Below are positions 1 to 8,320 of a DNA stretch of 64,000 nucleotides, in pieces; position 1 is the stretch's first letter; each line of letters opens with the position of its first letter. Source of the DNA: Stellaceae bacterium (GTDB lineage: Bacteria > Pseudomonadota > Alphaproteobacteria > ATCC43930 > CGMCC-115725); contig DATNGG010000167.1 in assembly GCA_035605975.1 (NCBI GenBank), forward strand, positions 643 to 64,642. The letters run 5' to 3'. A program made the translations under genes and the position numbers. A model generated the notes under the pieces. That model made no database searches. It was not told the origin of the DNA and saw only the letters and a list, made by a program, of their open reading frames with translations.

Positions 1-480
1 TTTGCTGCACGCGGCCGGCACGCATGAAACTCAATGAGGAGCGAAATTCCAGTCGCCGTACCGACCTCGCCCCAGTCGACTGCCACGATGACTTGCATGT
101 CCGTGTCCGGCACGAACGCGAAGTACCGATGGCTCGCAATCAGGACCGCTTTTGACGGATAACCGGACCTAGTGAGCGCATCGCCAAACTGGCGCTAATT
201 TGACCCACAGCGGAAATCGTTTAGCCGCGCGATTGCGCCAAGAATGGTCCTCTAATCTCCTCGAATGGCTCAGCCCGCAGGGGTGAGATCGAGCCACCCT
301 CGCCTTGCATCTTTTGCCTCGGAAACGCTATCGTCGACCAGATAAAAGGGAGGTCATGAGATATGCGGGAGCGAGTACCACCGACTGGTCCCAGTCTCGG
401 CATTCGCATCGACAGGGATGACGTGGGCATGATTTTCAGCACGATGTCAGCTGCCTCATCGAACGCGCAAAGGCTGGAAT
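1..480 (+). mobile_element. Degenerate IS1380-family-like 3' remnant (copy A), no intact ORF
   Basis: nt 126-212 align by eye (~75% identity, same orientation) with nt 2279-2362 (ccgatggctcgc..gcttttga..ccggac..gcatcgcc..tggcgctaa). A downstream frame reads GIRIDRDDVGMIFS, weakly paralleling RIRIHLPTARPDAAIFRLL of copy B. Several stops in all frames. Confidence 0.3.
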
Positions 481-586
481 GACGGGCCAGACTATCAAAG
501 AGATAAGCAGAATTCCGAACAGCGACGGCTCCGTGCGTAAGCTAGAGGCTTAGCCGATCTGCCGCAGCAACACTTGGCGGTGGTGA

Positions 587-2071
587 TCACCAACTCGCTA
601 ACCGCCGGAGCTGAGGTGTCTTCTTGTGTAGGTGTTCACTCATCCGGGCTAGAAGCAAGTCTAGTTGGGCGATAGCCTCGAAGAGAAACGGCCCCTTATT
701 CAACATGACGCATTCGGCACGGGCGGACATAGCAGCGTCCGTCATTTCGCCACGCGATGGCACGCCCTTCTTGATGAAGTGCTCAAGCACCTCAGTTGCC
801 CAGATGACCGGGATCTGCGCCGCTTCACCAAGCCAGAGGATTTCCTCTTGCATCTCGGCAAGGCGAGCGAAACCAATTTCAACCGCAAGGTCGCCCCGTG
901 CGATCATGATTGCGGTGGGCTGACGCCCAGCGGCGCGAACAACAATGTCGGGTAGATTGGCGACTGCCCTGTTCGTCTCGATCTTCAACACGAGTCCGAG
1001 CTTGCGCCAATCGTCGGGGCGCATCTCGGCCAGGGCGTCTTGCAGCGCCGCGATATCTTCCACGCACTGGACGAAGGAAAACTCGATTCCATCGGCATGG
1101 TGGGCGACGAAAGTGAGATCTTCCAAGTCTTTCTCCGTCAAGGCCGAAACGGCAAAACCTGTGTCGGGGAAGTTGATCCCTTTCTCGGGCTTCAGCCGGT
1201 AACCCTTCTCTTTGGGACAGGTTTTCACTTCGGCGACGACGCCCCATGCTTCCGTGCGTTTCACCTCGGCGGCAACTTTGCCGTCGTCGATGAAGATGCG
1301 TTCGCCGGGCCGTGCGGCGGCAAGGGGTTCCTTCAGCGTGCATTCGATGGCAGCGAGCCCATCGCCGGCGGCACCGAGCTCGCCCGGCGCCATGATCGCG
1401 AATTCATCGCCGACCGCAATACGCTTTGGGCCGCCCGACTCTCGAATCGCGCCGGTGCGGATTTTCGGGCCGGCAAGGTCCATCAACACCTTCATCCGGC
1501 GCCCGGTTTTTTTCGCCGCGCCGTCGAGGCCCTCGATCATTCTCGCCCAGGCGTCCTGATCGTCATGCGCGCAATTGATGCGCACGGCCTCGACGCCCAG
1601 CTCGGCAAGGCGCAGCATGAAGCCGTCGCTTTCAGCCGCCTCACTCGGTGCTGTTATGAGGAAATGAACCGGTCGCCGCTCCGAGCTTGGTCCCAGCAAT
1701 TCGATCGTCCGGGAGATGAGTCGTTCCTCACCAGAAAAGAAAGCATTACTCGGCTCGGGTGCGGTTGTGGCCTTGCCCGCGAGAACGGTCAGCACTGCGG
1801 CCACGGCATCGAGCGTCGGCAGCACGCGGCTTTCGGCCCGTCCGAGCGAGGACAAGCCGCGCGCCATCAGCTCGAGCTGGAGCGGCCGTATGTCACGGCC
1901 CCGCAGCGCGAGATAATGGGAAAAGTTTTCTGCGCTCGGCGCAAAATCGGCGCGTTCGATCCAGCCGCCCCAGCTGTGGGCGATCGTCTCCGCCTTCATC
2001 AATACAGCAGCACGCAGGCGTTCGACCTCGTCGAGCAGTTCTGTGGCACTGCGGAGTTCCATGATAGTCAC
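587..2071 (-). CDS. Pyruvate kinase-like protein (barrel + cap domains only, N-terminal extension, no C-terminal domain)
   Basis: 494-aa ORF. PK motifs present: VRINCAHDD (cf. LNFSHG), MDLAGPKIRTG, KIETNRAV, IARGDLAVEIG, ATEVLEHF..PSRGEMTDAA, ECVMLNKGP. Confidence 0.75.
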   Translation of the reverse strand: MTIMELRSATELLDEVERLRAAVLMKAETIAHSWGGWIERADFAPSAENFSHYLALRGRDIRPLQLELMARGLSSLGRAESRVLPTLDAVAAVLTVLAGKATTAPEPSNAFFSGEERLISRTIELLGPSSERRPVHFLITAPSEAAESDGFMLRLAELGVEAVRINCAHDDQDAWARMIEGLDGAAKKTGRRMKVLMDLAGPKIRTGAIRESGGPKRIAVGDEFAIMAPGELGAAGDGLAAIECTLKEPLAAARPGERIFIDDGKVAAEVKRTEAWGVVAEVKTCPKEKGYRLKPEKGINFPDTGFAVSALTEKDLEDLTFVAHHADGIEFSFVQCVEDIAALQDALAEMRPDDWRKLGLVLKIETNRAVANLPDIVVRAAGRQPTAIMIARGDLAVEIGFARLAEMQEEILWLGEAAQIPVIWATEVLEHFIKKGVPSRGEMTDAAMSARAECVMLNKGPFLFEAIAQLDLLLARMSEHLHKKTPQLRRLASW

Positions 2072-2159
2072 TCTCCGGGCAACTCATCTAACTTGAGCAC
2101 ATCAGATGACATCTTGATGAACGTTGAGTGTGAGCCCATGCGTGTTCCGAACCGGCACG

Positions 2160-2547
2160 CGCTTAGCCTGGATCGGATGTTCGCTCTCTCGCGTCGTCTG
2201 TTTCCGGACGAAGAAAGACAGCGCGCGCGTAGACTAAGCATACTGTCGATTTCCGGGTTTGGCACCAATGAGAAGTCGCCGATGGCTCGCGATTAGGGCT
2301 GCTTTTGAACGAGAGCCGGACGTGGCCACGCATCGCCGAATTGGCGCTAATGACCCCAAGCCGACCTTCAAAGTTGCCATCGGCACGTGGTGCCGCCGCG
2401 CCCACGCTGCGACTCCGGCTGCTTAAAATCGCTGCCCGCGTGTTAGAGAGCGCCGCGCGCATTCGCATCCACCTGCCGACCGCTCGCCCTGATGCCGCAA
2501 TCTTCCGACTGCTCGCTGGCCGGCTCGCTGCGGCCGGACCATAAATC
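2160..2547 (+). mobile_element. IS1380-family transposase C-terminal remnant (copy B), pseudogenised
   Basis: Frame-broken translation ..GTNEKSPMARD*G..LLLNESRTWPRIAELALM.. then AAAPTLRLRLLKIAARVLESAARIRIHLPTARPDAAIFRLLAGRL*. This resembles the conserved C-terminus of IS1380/DDE group-1 transposases (recalled, not searched). No N-terminal or catalytic part is present. Confidence 0.5.
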
Positions 2548-2866
2548 CCGGGCGCTGTCGCCCCGTCGACCCCGTTCCGCAACCTCCAAGCGCTTCAAAA
2601 TCGAGAACCGATCAACGTCGCAATCGACGCCACACGATCAGCATGTTCTCTACCCCGCGATCCATCGTCCGACCATAAAACGCCCGCCGTCATGAATAGA
2701 TGCGGCTAGGAGTTGGCGCCCACGGCTAAAGAGTTTGGATCGTCCCAACCTTTATGGGTTGCCACGACTTAACCTGTGAAGATATGGTGCTTACGTCTGA
2801 TATATGAAAACCGGTTCAAGCGCAGACGCAGTTAAGCGCACCGGATTGAATAGGGGCGGAACGACC

Positions 2867-4258
2867 ATGACGGATATCGCGGCATCGAACACAAGCGGCG
2901 ACGCGCGCCATATCGTGGCGCGGCTCGAACGGCTTCCCTATTCTTCCTGGCACACGAACATGCGGCTCATTATCTGTACCGCATGGTTCTTCGACGCGTT
3001 CGATTCGATCGCCATCGCTTATGTGCTGCCGCCGCTGATCGGCCTGTGGCATCTCCATCCGCAACAGATCGGCTCGCTGATCGGCATCGGCTTCGCCGGA
3101 CAGCTTTTCGGTGCGCTCAGCTTTGGCTGGATCGCCGAGCGCTGGGGGCGCCGCAACTCGATGCTGGTGACGCTGTTGATTTATGCCCTCGGTTCCTTGG
3201 CCTGCGCCTTCTCGGCCAGCTACACCATGCTGTGGTGGCTGCGCTTCATCCAGGGTATCGGGCTCGGCGGCGAAGTACCTCTGATGGCCGCCTACGTCAA
3301 CGAGTTCGCGCACGCCAAGGGCCGGGGCCGCTTCTCGCTCAACGTGCAGGTCCTATTCGCGATCGGCCTCACGGCCGTGGCGCTGGTCGGCGTCTATGTG
3401 GTGCCGCATTTGGGCTGGCGCTGGATGTTCATTATCGGTGCGCTTCCCGCACTCGTCGCTTTGCCGTTGCGCCAGCTTCTGCCCGAATCGCCGCGCTGGC
3501 TCGCGAGCCAGGGCCGTTTCAGCGAAGCGGACCAGGCCCTGAAGCGGATCGAGGATATCGCCCTGCGCGAGGGCAAGAGCATCCCGCCCCTCCCGGCCAA
3601 TCTGCCGCCCGTCGTCGAGGTCCATCCGCGCATCATCGATCTCTTCAAGGGCATCTATCTGAAGCGCACGATTTCGGTCTGGCTGATTTGGATTGGAGCC
3701 TATTTCGTGTCCTACGGCGTCACCGCCTGGATGCCCACACTGTTCCGCACCGTCTATCATCTGCCGGTTCAGCTCTCGATCACCTATGGCTTCATTATCA
3801 GCGGCGTCGGCCTGTGCGGCTCCTTCCTCGCCATCTACCTGATCGAGGCGATCGGGCGGCGGAAGTTGCTCATTCTGAGCCTGACCGGGAGCTGCATCCC
3901 GCTCTTGGCCTTCGCATTCCTGCCGCATCTGGACTCAGGCTGGATCATTCGCATCGTTGCGCTGGGCTTCTTCTTCCTGACCATGTCGCTGCTCAGCCTC
4001 GCCACTTACACGGCGGAGATCTACCCGACGCATCTGCGTGCCCTCGGCGGGGGCGTCGCCTCCGCGTGGCAGCGCGGCGCTTCCACGGTCGGGACCATCA
4101 TGGTCGGCGTGATCCTGCCGCTCTGGGGAATCAATGCCGTCTTTGTCATGTTCGGCCTCTTCGCGGCGATGGGCGCCATCGTCGCTCTGGTCTCCGCCGT
4201 GGAGACCCGCGGCCAGGTGCTTGAAAAGGTTTCTCCGAGCTTGGTCCAAGCCGATTGA
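2867..4258 (+). CDS. MFS transporter (sugar-porter/aromatic-acid symporter-like)
   Basis: 12-TM-like hydrophobic pattern. MFS motifs: GWIAERWGRRNS (loop 2-3), PESPRWL, second half EAIGRRKL. ATG 2867 follows a GGGGCGGA SD-like box. The longest ORF starts at 2804. Confidence 0.85.
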   Translation: MTDIAASNTSGDARHIVARLERLPYSSWHTNMRLIICTAWFFDAFDSIAIAYVLPPLIGLWHLHPQQIGSLIGIGFAGQLFGALSFGWIAERWGRRNSMLVTLLIYALGSLACAFSASYTMLWWLRFIQGIGLGGEVPLMAAYVNEFAHAKGRGRFSLNVQVLFAIGLTAVALVGVYVVPHLGWRWMFIIGALPALVALPLRQLLPESPRWLASQGRFSEADQALKRIEDIALREGKSIPPLPANLPPVVEVHPRIIDLFKGIYLKRTISVWLIWIGAYFVSYGVTAWMPTLFRTVYHLPVQLSITYGFIISGVGLCGSFLAIYLIEAIGRRKLLILSLTGSCIPLLAFAFLPHLDSGWIIRIVALGFFFLTMSLLSLATYTAEIYPTHLRALGGGVASAWQRGASTVGTIMVGVILPLWGINAVFVMFGLFAAMGAIVALVSAVETRGQVLEKVSPSLVQAD

Positions 4259-4582
4259 CGGAGGGCGGATACGGCTGATCTGGGCGTTCATCAAGGATCC
4301 TGCTGGGCGAGCTTTCGTCGCTGGTCGGACCTTAACCGGCGCTTTGGGGCAATCGGACGAGCTCGGAGGAGAAAACGGATCGCCAACCATCCAGTGCGCA
4401 AGGCGCCACTCCGACCGCGTCGCGCTCGTGGCCACTGCTCCTTACGCGGCCGGGTAATGCCCGTTAGTGGCACTTCTCGGAAGTGTCACCAAGAGCGAGT
4501 GACAGCTGGTTGCGCGTCCAAAGCAGACTCCCCAAGCCGCGCAACATGTGCTTATGAGGTCACGCCCTAGCTAGTCCGTCCG

Positions 4583-5728
4583 TTAGTCTGCCGCTTCGAT
4601 GCGCGGCGCGACCCCATCGGCGATGCTTTCCGCTGAATCTTCGACCGTCCGTGTCTTCGCCGGGTGTTGTTCTATCCAGAATTGCTCTGCCACCGCTCTG
4701 GCATCGACCTTCCACTGCTCCCACCAAGCGACCTCATTACCGACATCGTGCAGCGCTCGGTGATGGATGACGCAGAGCGGGACGGTCCATTCATCGCTGA
4801 CCTTGCTGCCCATGGCGCGCGGCTGCATGAACCGGAGATGGTGCGCTTGCGCGGGTGTCCGGCCGCAAACGAGACAGGGCTGCGATGCGACGTATTTCAG
4901 ATGGTCGGTATCGCGCAGCCGGCGCGGCGAGGTGATCGGCAGGTCTGCATCGCTCGATTCGGCGGCGGCCGCCGATTGTTGTGCCGGATCTTGCGGCGGC
5001 TCTGTGAGCTTCAGCCGCTCGCGTTGCCGTTGATAGTGGCGTTGTAGCACTTCGCCATAGTGCGTGCCCCGCGCGGTTTTCAGATCCGGCACGGCCAGCT
5101 TGAGCTCGTTCAGCACCGCGCCGTTGAGGCCCCACAGCGCCTCGAGGTCACCTGCGCTTGGGGCGGTGCAAATGGCTTCCTTCAGAGCGCGGCAGAAGCC
5201 TTGAGGTGTGGGATGAGTCGCCAGAGCCTGGCCATCCACCCCAAGGACAATGAAGGGACCTAAATACGTGCCAAGCCCTTTGAGCTTGTTCACATGGCGC
5301 ACACCGCGTTGCTCGCGGTCATAAAGTGCGAGGCCGAAGAGATTGCCGAAGGTCATAAAAGCCCGCTTCATGGCGTCCGTCTCGGCTTCTTTCAATGCAC
5401 TCTCATGAGCTTCTCCCAGTGTGACGCCGGTGCCTTGGCCGACCCCGCTGCCATCGCGGCAGACGAGAGTCTCGCCTGCGCGAACCCGGACCCGCACCCG
5501 GGCCGCGTAAGCGCACGCCTTGGGGTCTCGCCTGCCATCCTCCCAGACACGCTCGGCCCAGACTGTTTCCCGATCCCAACCATCGAAGCCAAAAATGCGG
5601 TTGGCCTCCGCGATCACATGCCAGCCCTCGACGTAAGAGAGGGTCATGCCGCGCTGCTCGCGTGCCTTCACATGCTTCTCAAGCAGCTTGCCCTCAAGCA
5701 GTTTCAGCTGGTTCTCGGCGAAAGCCAT
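4583..5728 (-). CDS. Phage-type Rad52/Rad22-family single-strand annealing protein fused to a C-terminal DUF968/HNH-like Cys-His domain
   Basis: N-terminal SYVEGWHVIAEANRIFGFDGW..GSGVG..EAHESALKEAETDAMKRAFMTFGNLFGLALYD is typical of Rad52-like annealases. C-terminal motif: CLVCGR..AHHLRF..SDEWTVPLCVIHHRALH. ATG 5728 overlaps the upstream stop (TGATG). Confidence 0.7.
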   Translation of the reverse strand: MAFAENQLKLLEGKLLEKHVKAREQRGMTLSYVEGWHVIAEANRIFGFDGWDRETVWAERVWEDGRRDPKACAYAARVRVRVRAGETLVCRDGSGVGQGTGVTLGEAHESALKEAETDAMKRAFMTFGNLFGLALYDREQRGVRHVNKLKGLGTYLGPFIVLGVDGQALATHPTPQGFCRALKEAICTAPSAGDLEALWGLNGAVLNELKLAVPDLKTARGTHYGEVLQRHYQRQRERLKLTEPPQDPAQQSAAAAESSDADLPITSPRRLRDTDHLKYVASQPCLVCGRTPAQAHHLRFMQPRAMGSKVSDEWTVPLCVIHHRALHDVGNEVAWWEQWKVDARAVAEQFWIEQHPAKTRTVEDSAESIADGVAPRIEAAD

Positions 5729-6246
5729 CACTTGGTCCTCACCGAGAGGGTAATCCCGCCATTGCCCAGCTGGGCACCCGGGATACTCATCCCGGCATTC
5801 AACGCCGCCAGCAGCCCCCGCTTGTCGAGCTTGGGCAGCTGCGGCTTCCAGTAGTCTCCTGGGATGAGACTCTCATCCGCGACCACCAGCCCGGGTGGCA
5901 CGGCTCTCAAAGACGCCGTGAAGTCGGGCTGCTCCAGCTTCTTGATGTCGCCCTTCTCCATCACTGCGGTGATGGTCGCGCGCTTCTTCTCGACCCGGGC
6001 CTCGATTCGCGACAAGCGCGCCTGCATATCTTCGATCCGCATGCCCAAGGCCGCCGCCGCCATCAGATCGTCAAGATAGCTGCGCACGACCGCCGCCAAA
6101 GCCTCGGGCAACGAACTGATGCCTTCGAGCGTGTCCCTTAATGTCTCCTCATCAATGGTCTCACGGTATTCCGCGAGAAGATGCTCGCGCAGATAGGCGT
6201 GCTCGGCCAGGCTCCTCACCAACATGGGTTGCATCATGAGCTCCAT
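5728..6246 (-). CDS. Siphovirus Gp157-like protein
   Basis: 172-aa ORF. Coiled-coil N-terminus plus C-terminal SLIPGDYWKPQLPKLDKRGLLAALNAG..IPGAQL, as in Gp157-family proteins that sit next to phage recombinases. Coupled to the Rad52-like gene. Confidence 0.55.
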   Translation of the reverse strand: MELMMQPMLVRSLAEHAYLREHLLAEYRETIDEETLRDTLEGISSLPEALAAVVRSYLDDLMAAAALGMRIEDMQARLSRIEARVEKKRATITAVMEKGDIKKLEQPDFTASLRAVPPGLVVADESLIPGDYWKPQLPKLDKRGLLAALNAGMSIPGAQLGNGGITLSVRTK

Positions 6247-6251
6247 CTGAG

Positions 6252-6288
6252 TTGAATACCAATCAATGTGAGTATAATATACTCACAT
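6252..6288. promoter_or_regulatory. Divergent promoter with a perfect 23-bp palindromic operator
   Basis: TTGAAT (6252-6257), 17 nt, TAATAT (6275-6280). The palindrome ATGTGAGTATA-A-TATACTCACAT spans 6266-6288, between the divergent Gp157-like and XRE genes. Confidence 0.5.
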
Positions 6289-6624
6289 GAGCCCTGGATT
6301 ACCACCCGACCCGACGAAGTTATCCACTGGTTTGTGCAGCAAAATCAATGTCTTGTGGAACGTTCCGTGATCACCCGCGAACAGCTCAAAATGGCCCGCG
6401 CCGCCCTCGGTTGGAATGTCATCGAAACCGCCAAAGAGGCCGGAATCGCCGCCAATACCGTCTCACGCTATGAGAATGGGAGCGACGCCTATGGCGAAAC
6501 TCTGCTCAAGCTCCGCCGCGCGTTTGAGAAAGCCGGCCTCGCTTTCATCGACGGCAACGGCGAAGGGCCCGGCGTCCGCTTCAAGAAGACCCCGGGCGAG
6601 GTGAAGAGGCCGCACCGTCGCTAG
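6268..6624 (+). CDS. XRE-family helix-turn-helix transcriptional regulator
   Basis: HTH segment LKMARAALGWNVIETAKEAGIAANTVSRYENG. The longest ORF starts with GTG 6268 inside the operator palindrome. The real start is more likely GTG 6355/6367 or ATG 6391. Confidence 0.7.
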   Translation: MSIIYSHEPWITTRPDEVIHWFVQQNQCLVERSVITREQLKMARAALGWNVIETAKEAGIAANTVSRYENGSDAYGETLLKLRRAFEKAGLAFIDGNGEGPGVRFKKTPGEVKRPHRR

Positions 6625-6684
6625 CGGGCCTCTTTGGCAACAGACGCCAAATGGCGCGCCGGATCTCACCGGCGGCATGGGCGA

Positions 6685-7149
6685 TTATTCGGCTTGGGTG
6701 TTCAGCCGCTTCAGATCGGCGACGATCACCAAAAGCAATTGCTCTTCCACGGTGAGCGGCGTGCGCTGCTCGGCAGACTCGCCGCTGTAGCCCTGCAACT
6801 CGGCGCAAAACCGAAGCTTCAGAGTGACATCGTCCAATGTCTCGGCAGGCGTATCGGCAATTACCCATTCCAGTCGCTCGAGCGCCTGGCTCGCACGCAC
6901 TTCGGCGCGCCGCACGCAGCGCGATCGTTGCATAGGCCGAGAGCCGGCCGCCCTCAGCCGGTCCGCTTCATCGCCCAACCCCATCAGGAGCCGCTCGAGC
7001 TCGGCGCGCCGCCGCAGCAACAGCGCGAGACAGGATTCGCCGTTAGACCGCGCCACCAGCGAGGGCCGCAGCGCCAGCGTCGAGCCGGCCGCTAGCAAAA
7101 TATCTCTGCGGCTGGTGCGGGCGGGAAGAGCGTTTCGGCCTTGTCGCAT
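6685..7149 (-). CDS. Hypothetical protein with twin-arginine-like signal
   Basis: MRQGRNALPARTSRRDILLAAGSTLAL... resembles a Tat leader. The rest is helical and Arg/Leu-rich. No family recognised. Confidence 0.35.
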   Translation of the reverse strand: MRQGRNALPARTSRRDILLAAGSTLALRPSLVARSNGESCLALLLRRRAELERLLMGLGDEADRLRAAGSRPMQRSRCVRRAEVRASQALERLEWVIADTPAETLDDVTLKLRFCAELQGYSGESAEQRTPLTVEEQLLLVIVADLKRLNTQAE

Positions 7150-7321
7150 GGCGGGCCCGACACAGATCGCTCCTTTCGCCCGCGCCAGCAAGTCCAATGC
7201 CCGATCATCCTGTGGCGTAATTCGGCACTGTCGGAGCATTTTCTTGCTCGGTAGCGGGATGGCTGGGCGCTCGCCCTTCCTGGGTTGCCCTACCGCTTAG
7301 CCGCCCTCTTGCTACCGCGAC

Positions 7322-7493
7322 TTCCCTGGTCGAAAAGGGAAAATTCCCTGCTCACGTCTAACAATTCGCTGTTCGCTCGAATAGGGAATTCCGAGCCAAA
7401 CGCACGGTAATCCCCGCTCATCGGACAGCAATTGATGCCCTAAAAAGCGCAAAAACCACAAAATTCCCTGCAGATTCCCTGATTAACAGGGAA
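7322..7493. repeat. Cluster of TTCCCTG / CAGGGAA heptamers in non-coding DNA
   Basis: Exact TTCCCTG at 7322, 7344, 7464 and 7475. Inverted CAGGGAA at 7487, giving TTCCCTG-ATTAA-CAGGGAA at 7475-7493. GGGAA-AA-TTCCC at ~7337-7348 and GGGAATTCC at 7384-7392. Confidence 0.5.
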
Positions 7494-7947
7494 GCGAGCT
7501 TCGGGATCTGGCAGGCGTGGTGGCTCTCGACCGTATGGCTTGCGGCGGGGCTCTTCGTCGCGAGCGGCGGCACGGGCGACAGAGCAAGGCACGAGAGATA
7601 CGACAGGATGTAAGGACCTCGGCGGCCATGCGCCGCTCCATCTATCGACCAGCGTTGCTCCGGCCGGCGTGCTTCACTTTGATCTTTGATCCGGGGACAT
7701 GACCGAACCATTCCCGCATTGCGATGAGCCAGTGGCTCGGCGGCGACAGGTGGCTCAAATCCCTCCGGTTGCCCGAGATTCCAAAGGCGAGAAGTGGTCA
7801 TCACAGAGCGCCCGAGCGAGCCCGATATCAAATAGCCAGCGTCATGTCCGTACATGGCGCCTCTCGGAATTTGGCACTCGCCGCAGTGCCCAAGCCGCAT
7901 CGATATGCTACCGTGTGATTTCAACGGCCAACGGCTGGAAAAACTCC

Positions 7948-8250
7948 ATGAAGCCTGTTGACGCGATTCGTCGGAAACTGCGCGGCGTCGTTGCGGTGCT
8001 GATGGACTCGGGCGCGACCGAACATGAGAGAGAAAATGCCGCGACGCTGAAGGCGCGGCTGGAAAGGAGACTCGAACAACAGGGAGCTCCCAACGGAGAT
8101 TGGACCGACATCGTGTTTCGGTTGGGTCGCAAGATTCGTGAGATAAAGAAATCGGCAGCTCCTCTCTCCGCGACCGACGACTCGACGAAGATCGCGGTCC
8201 GACTCGGTCGGGCCGTCGGCCAGGGTCTCCGGAAATGGCGGGCGTCCTAA
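7948..8250 (+). CDS. Hypothetical protein (DUF2786-like N-terminus)
   Basis: IRRKLRGVVAVLMDSGATEHERENAATLKARLERRL resembles the KIxKLLAL..gate.EaeaA..KAqeL motif of DUF2786, a phage/plasmid-associated family. Weak SD. Confidence 0.35.
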   Translation: MKPVDAIRRKLRGVVAVLMDSGATEHERENAATLKARLERRLEQQGAPNGDWTDIVFRLGRKIREIKKSAAPLSATDDSTKIAVRLGRAVGQGLRKWRAS

Positions 8251-8320
8251 GGGCAATGGCGCTGAGACGCGGTCCCGCCGACCACGTCGCTCGCGAAATC
8301 GCCGAGGCCGATGCGAGGGC

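Noticed and set aside
7508-7524. Sigma-54-like CTGGCAGGCGTGGTGGC downstream of the TTCCCTG repeats.
   Set aside because: The -24 TGGCA is present, but the -12 element reads GTGG rather than TTGC at the required spacing, and no obvious downstream gene follows.
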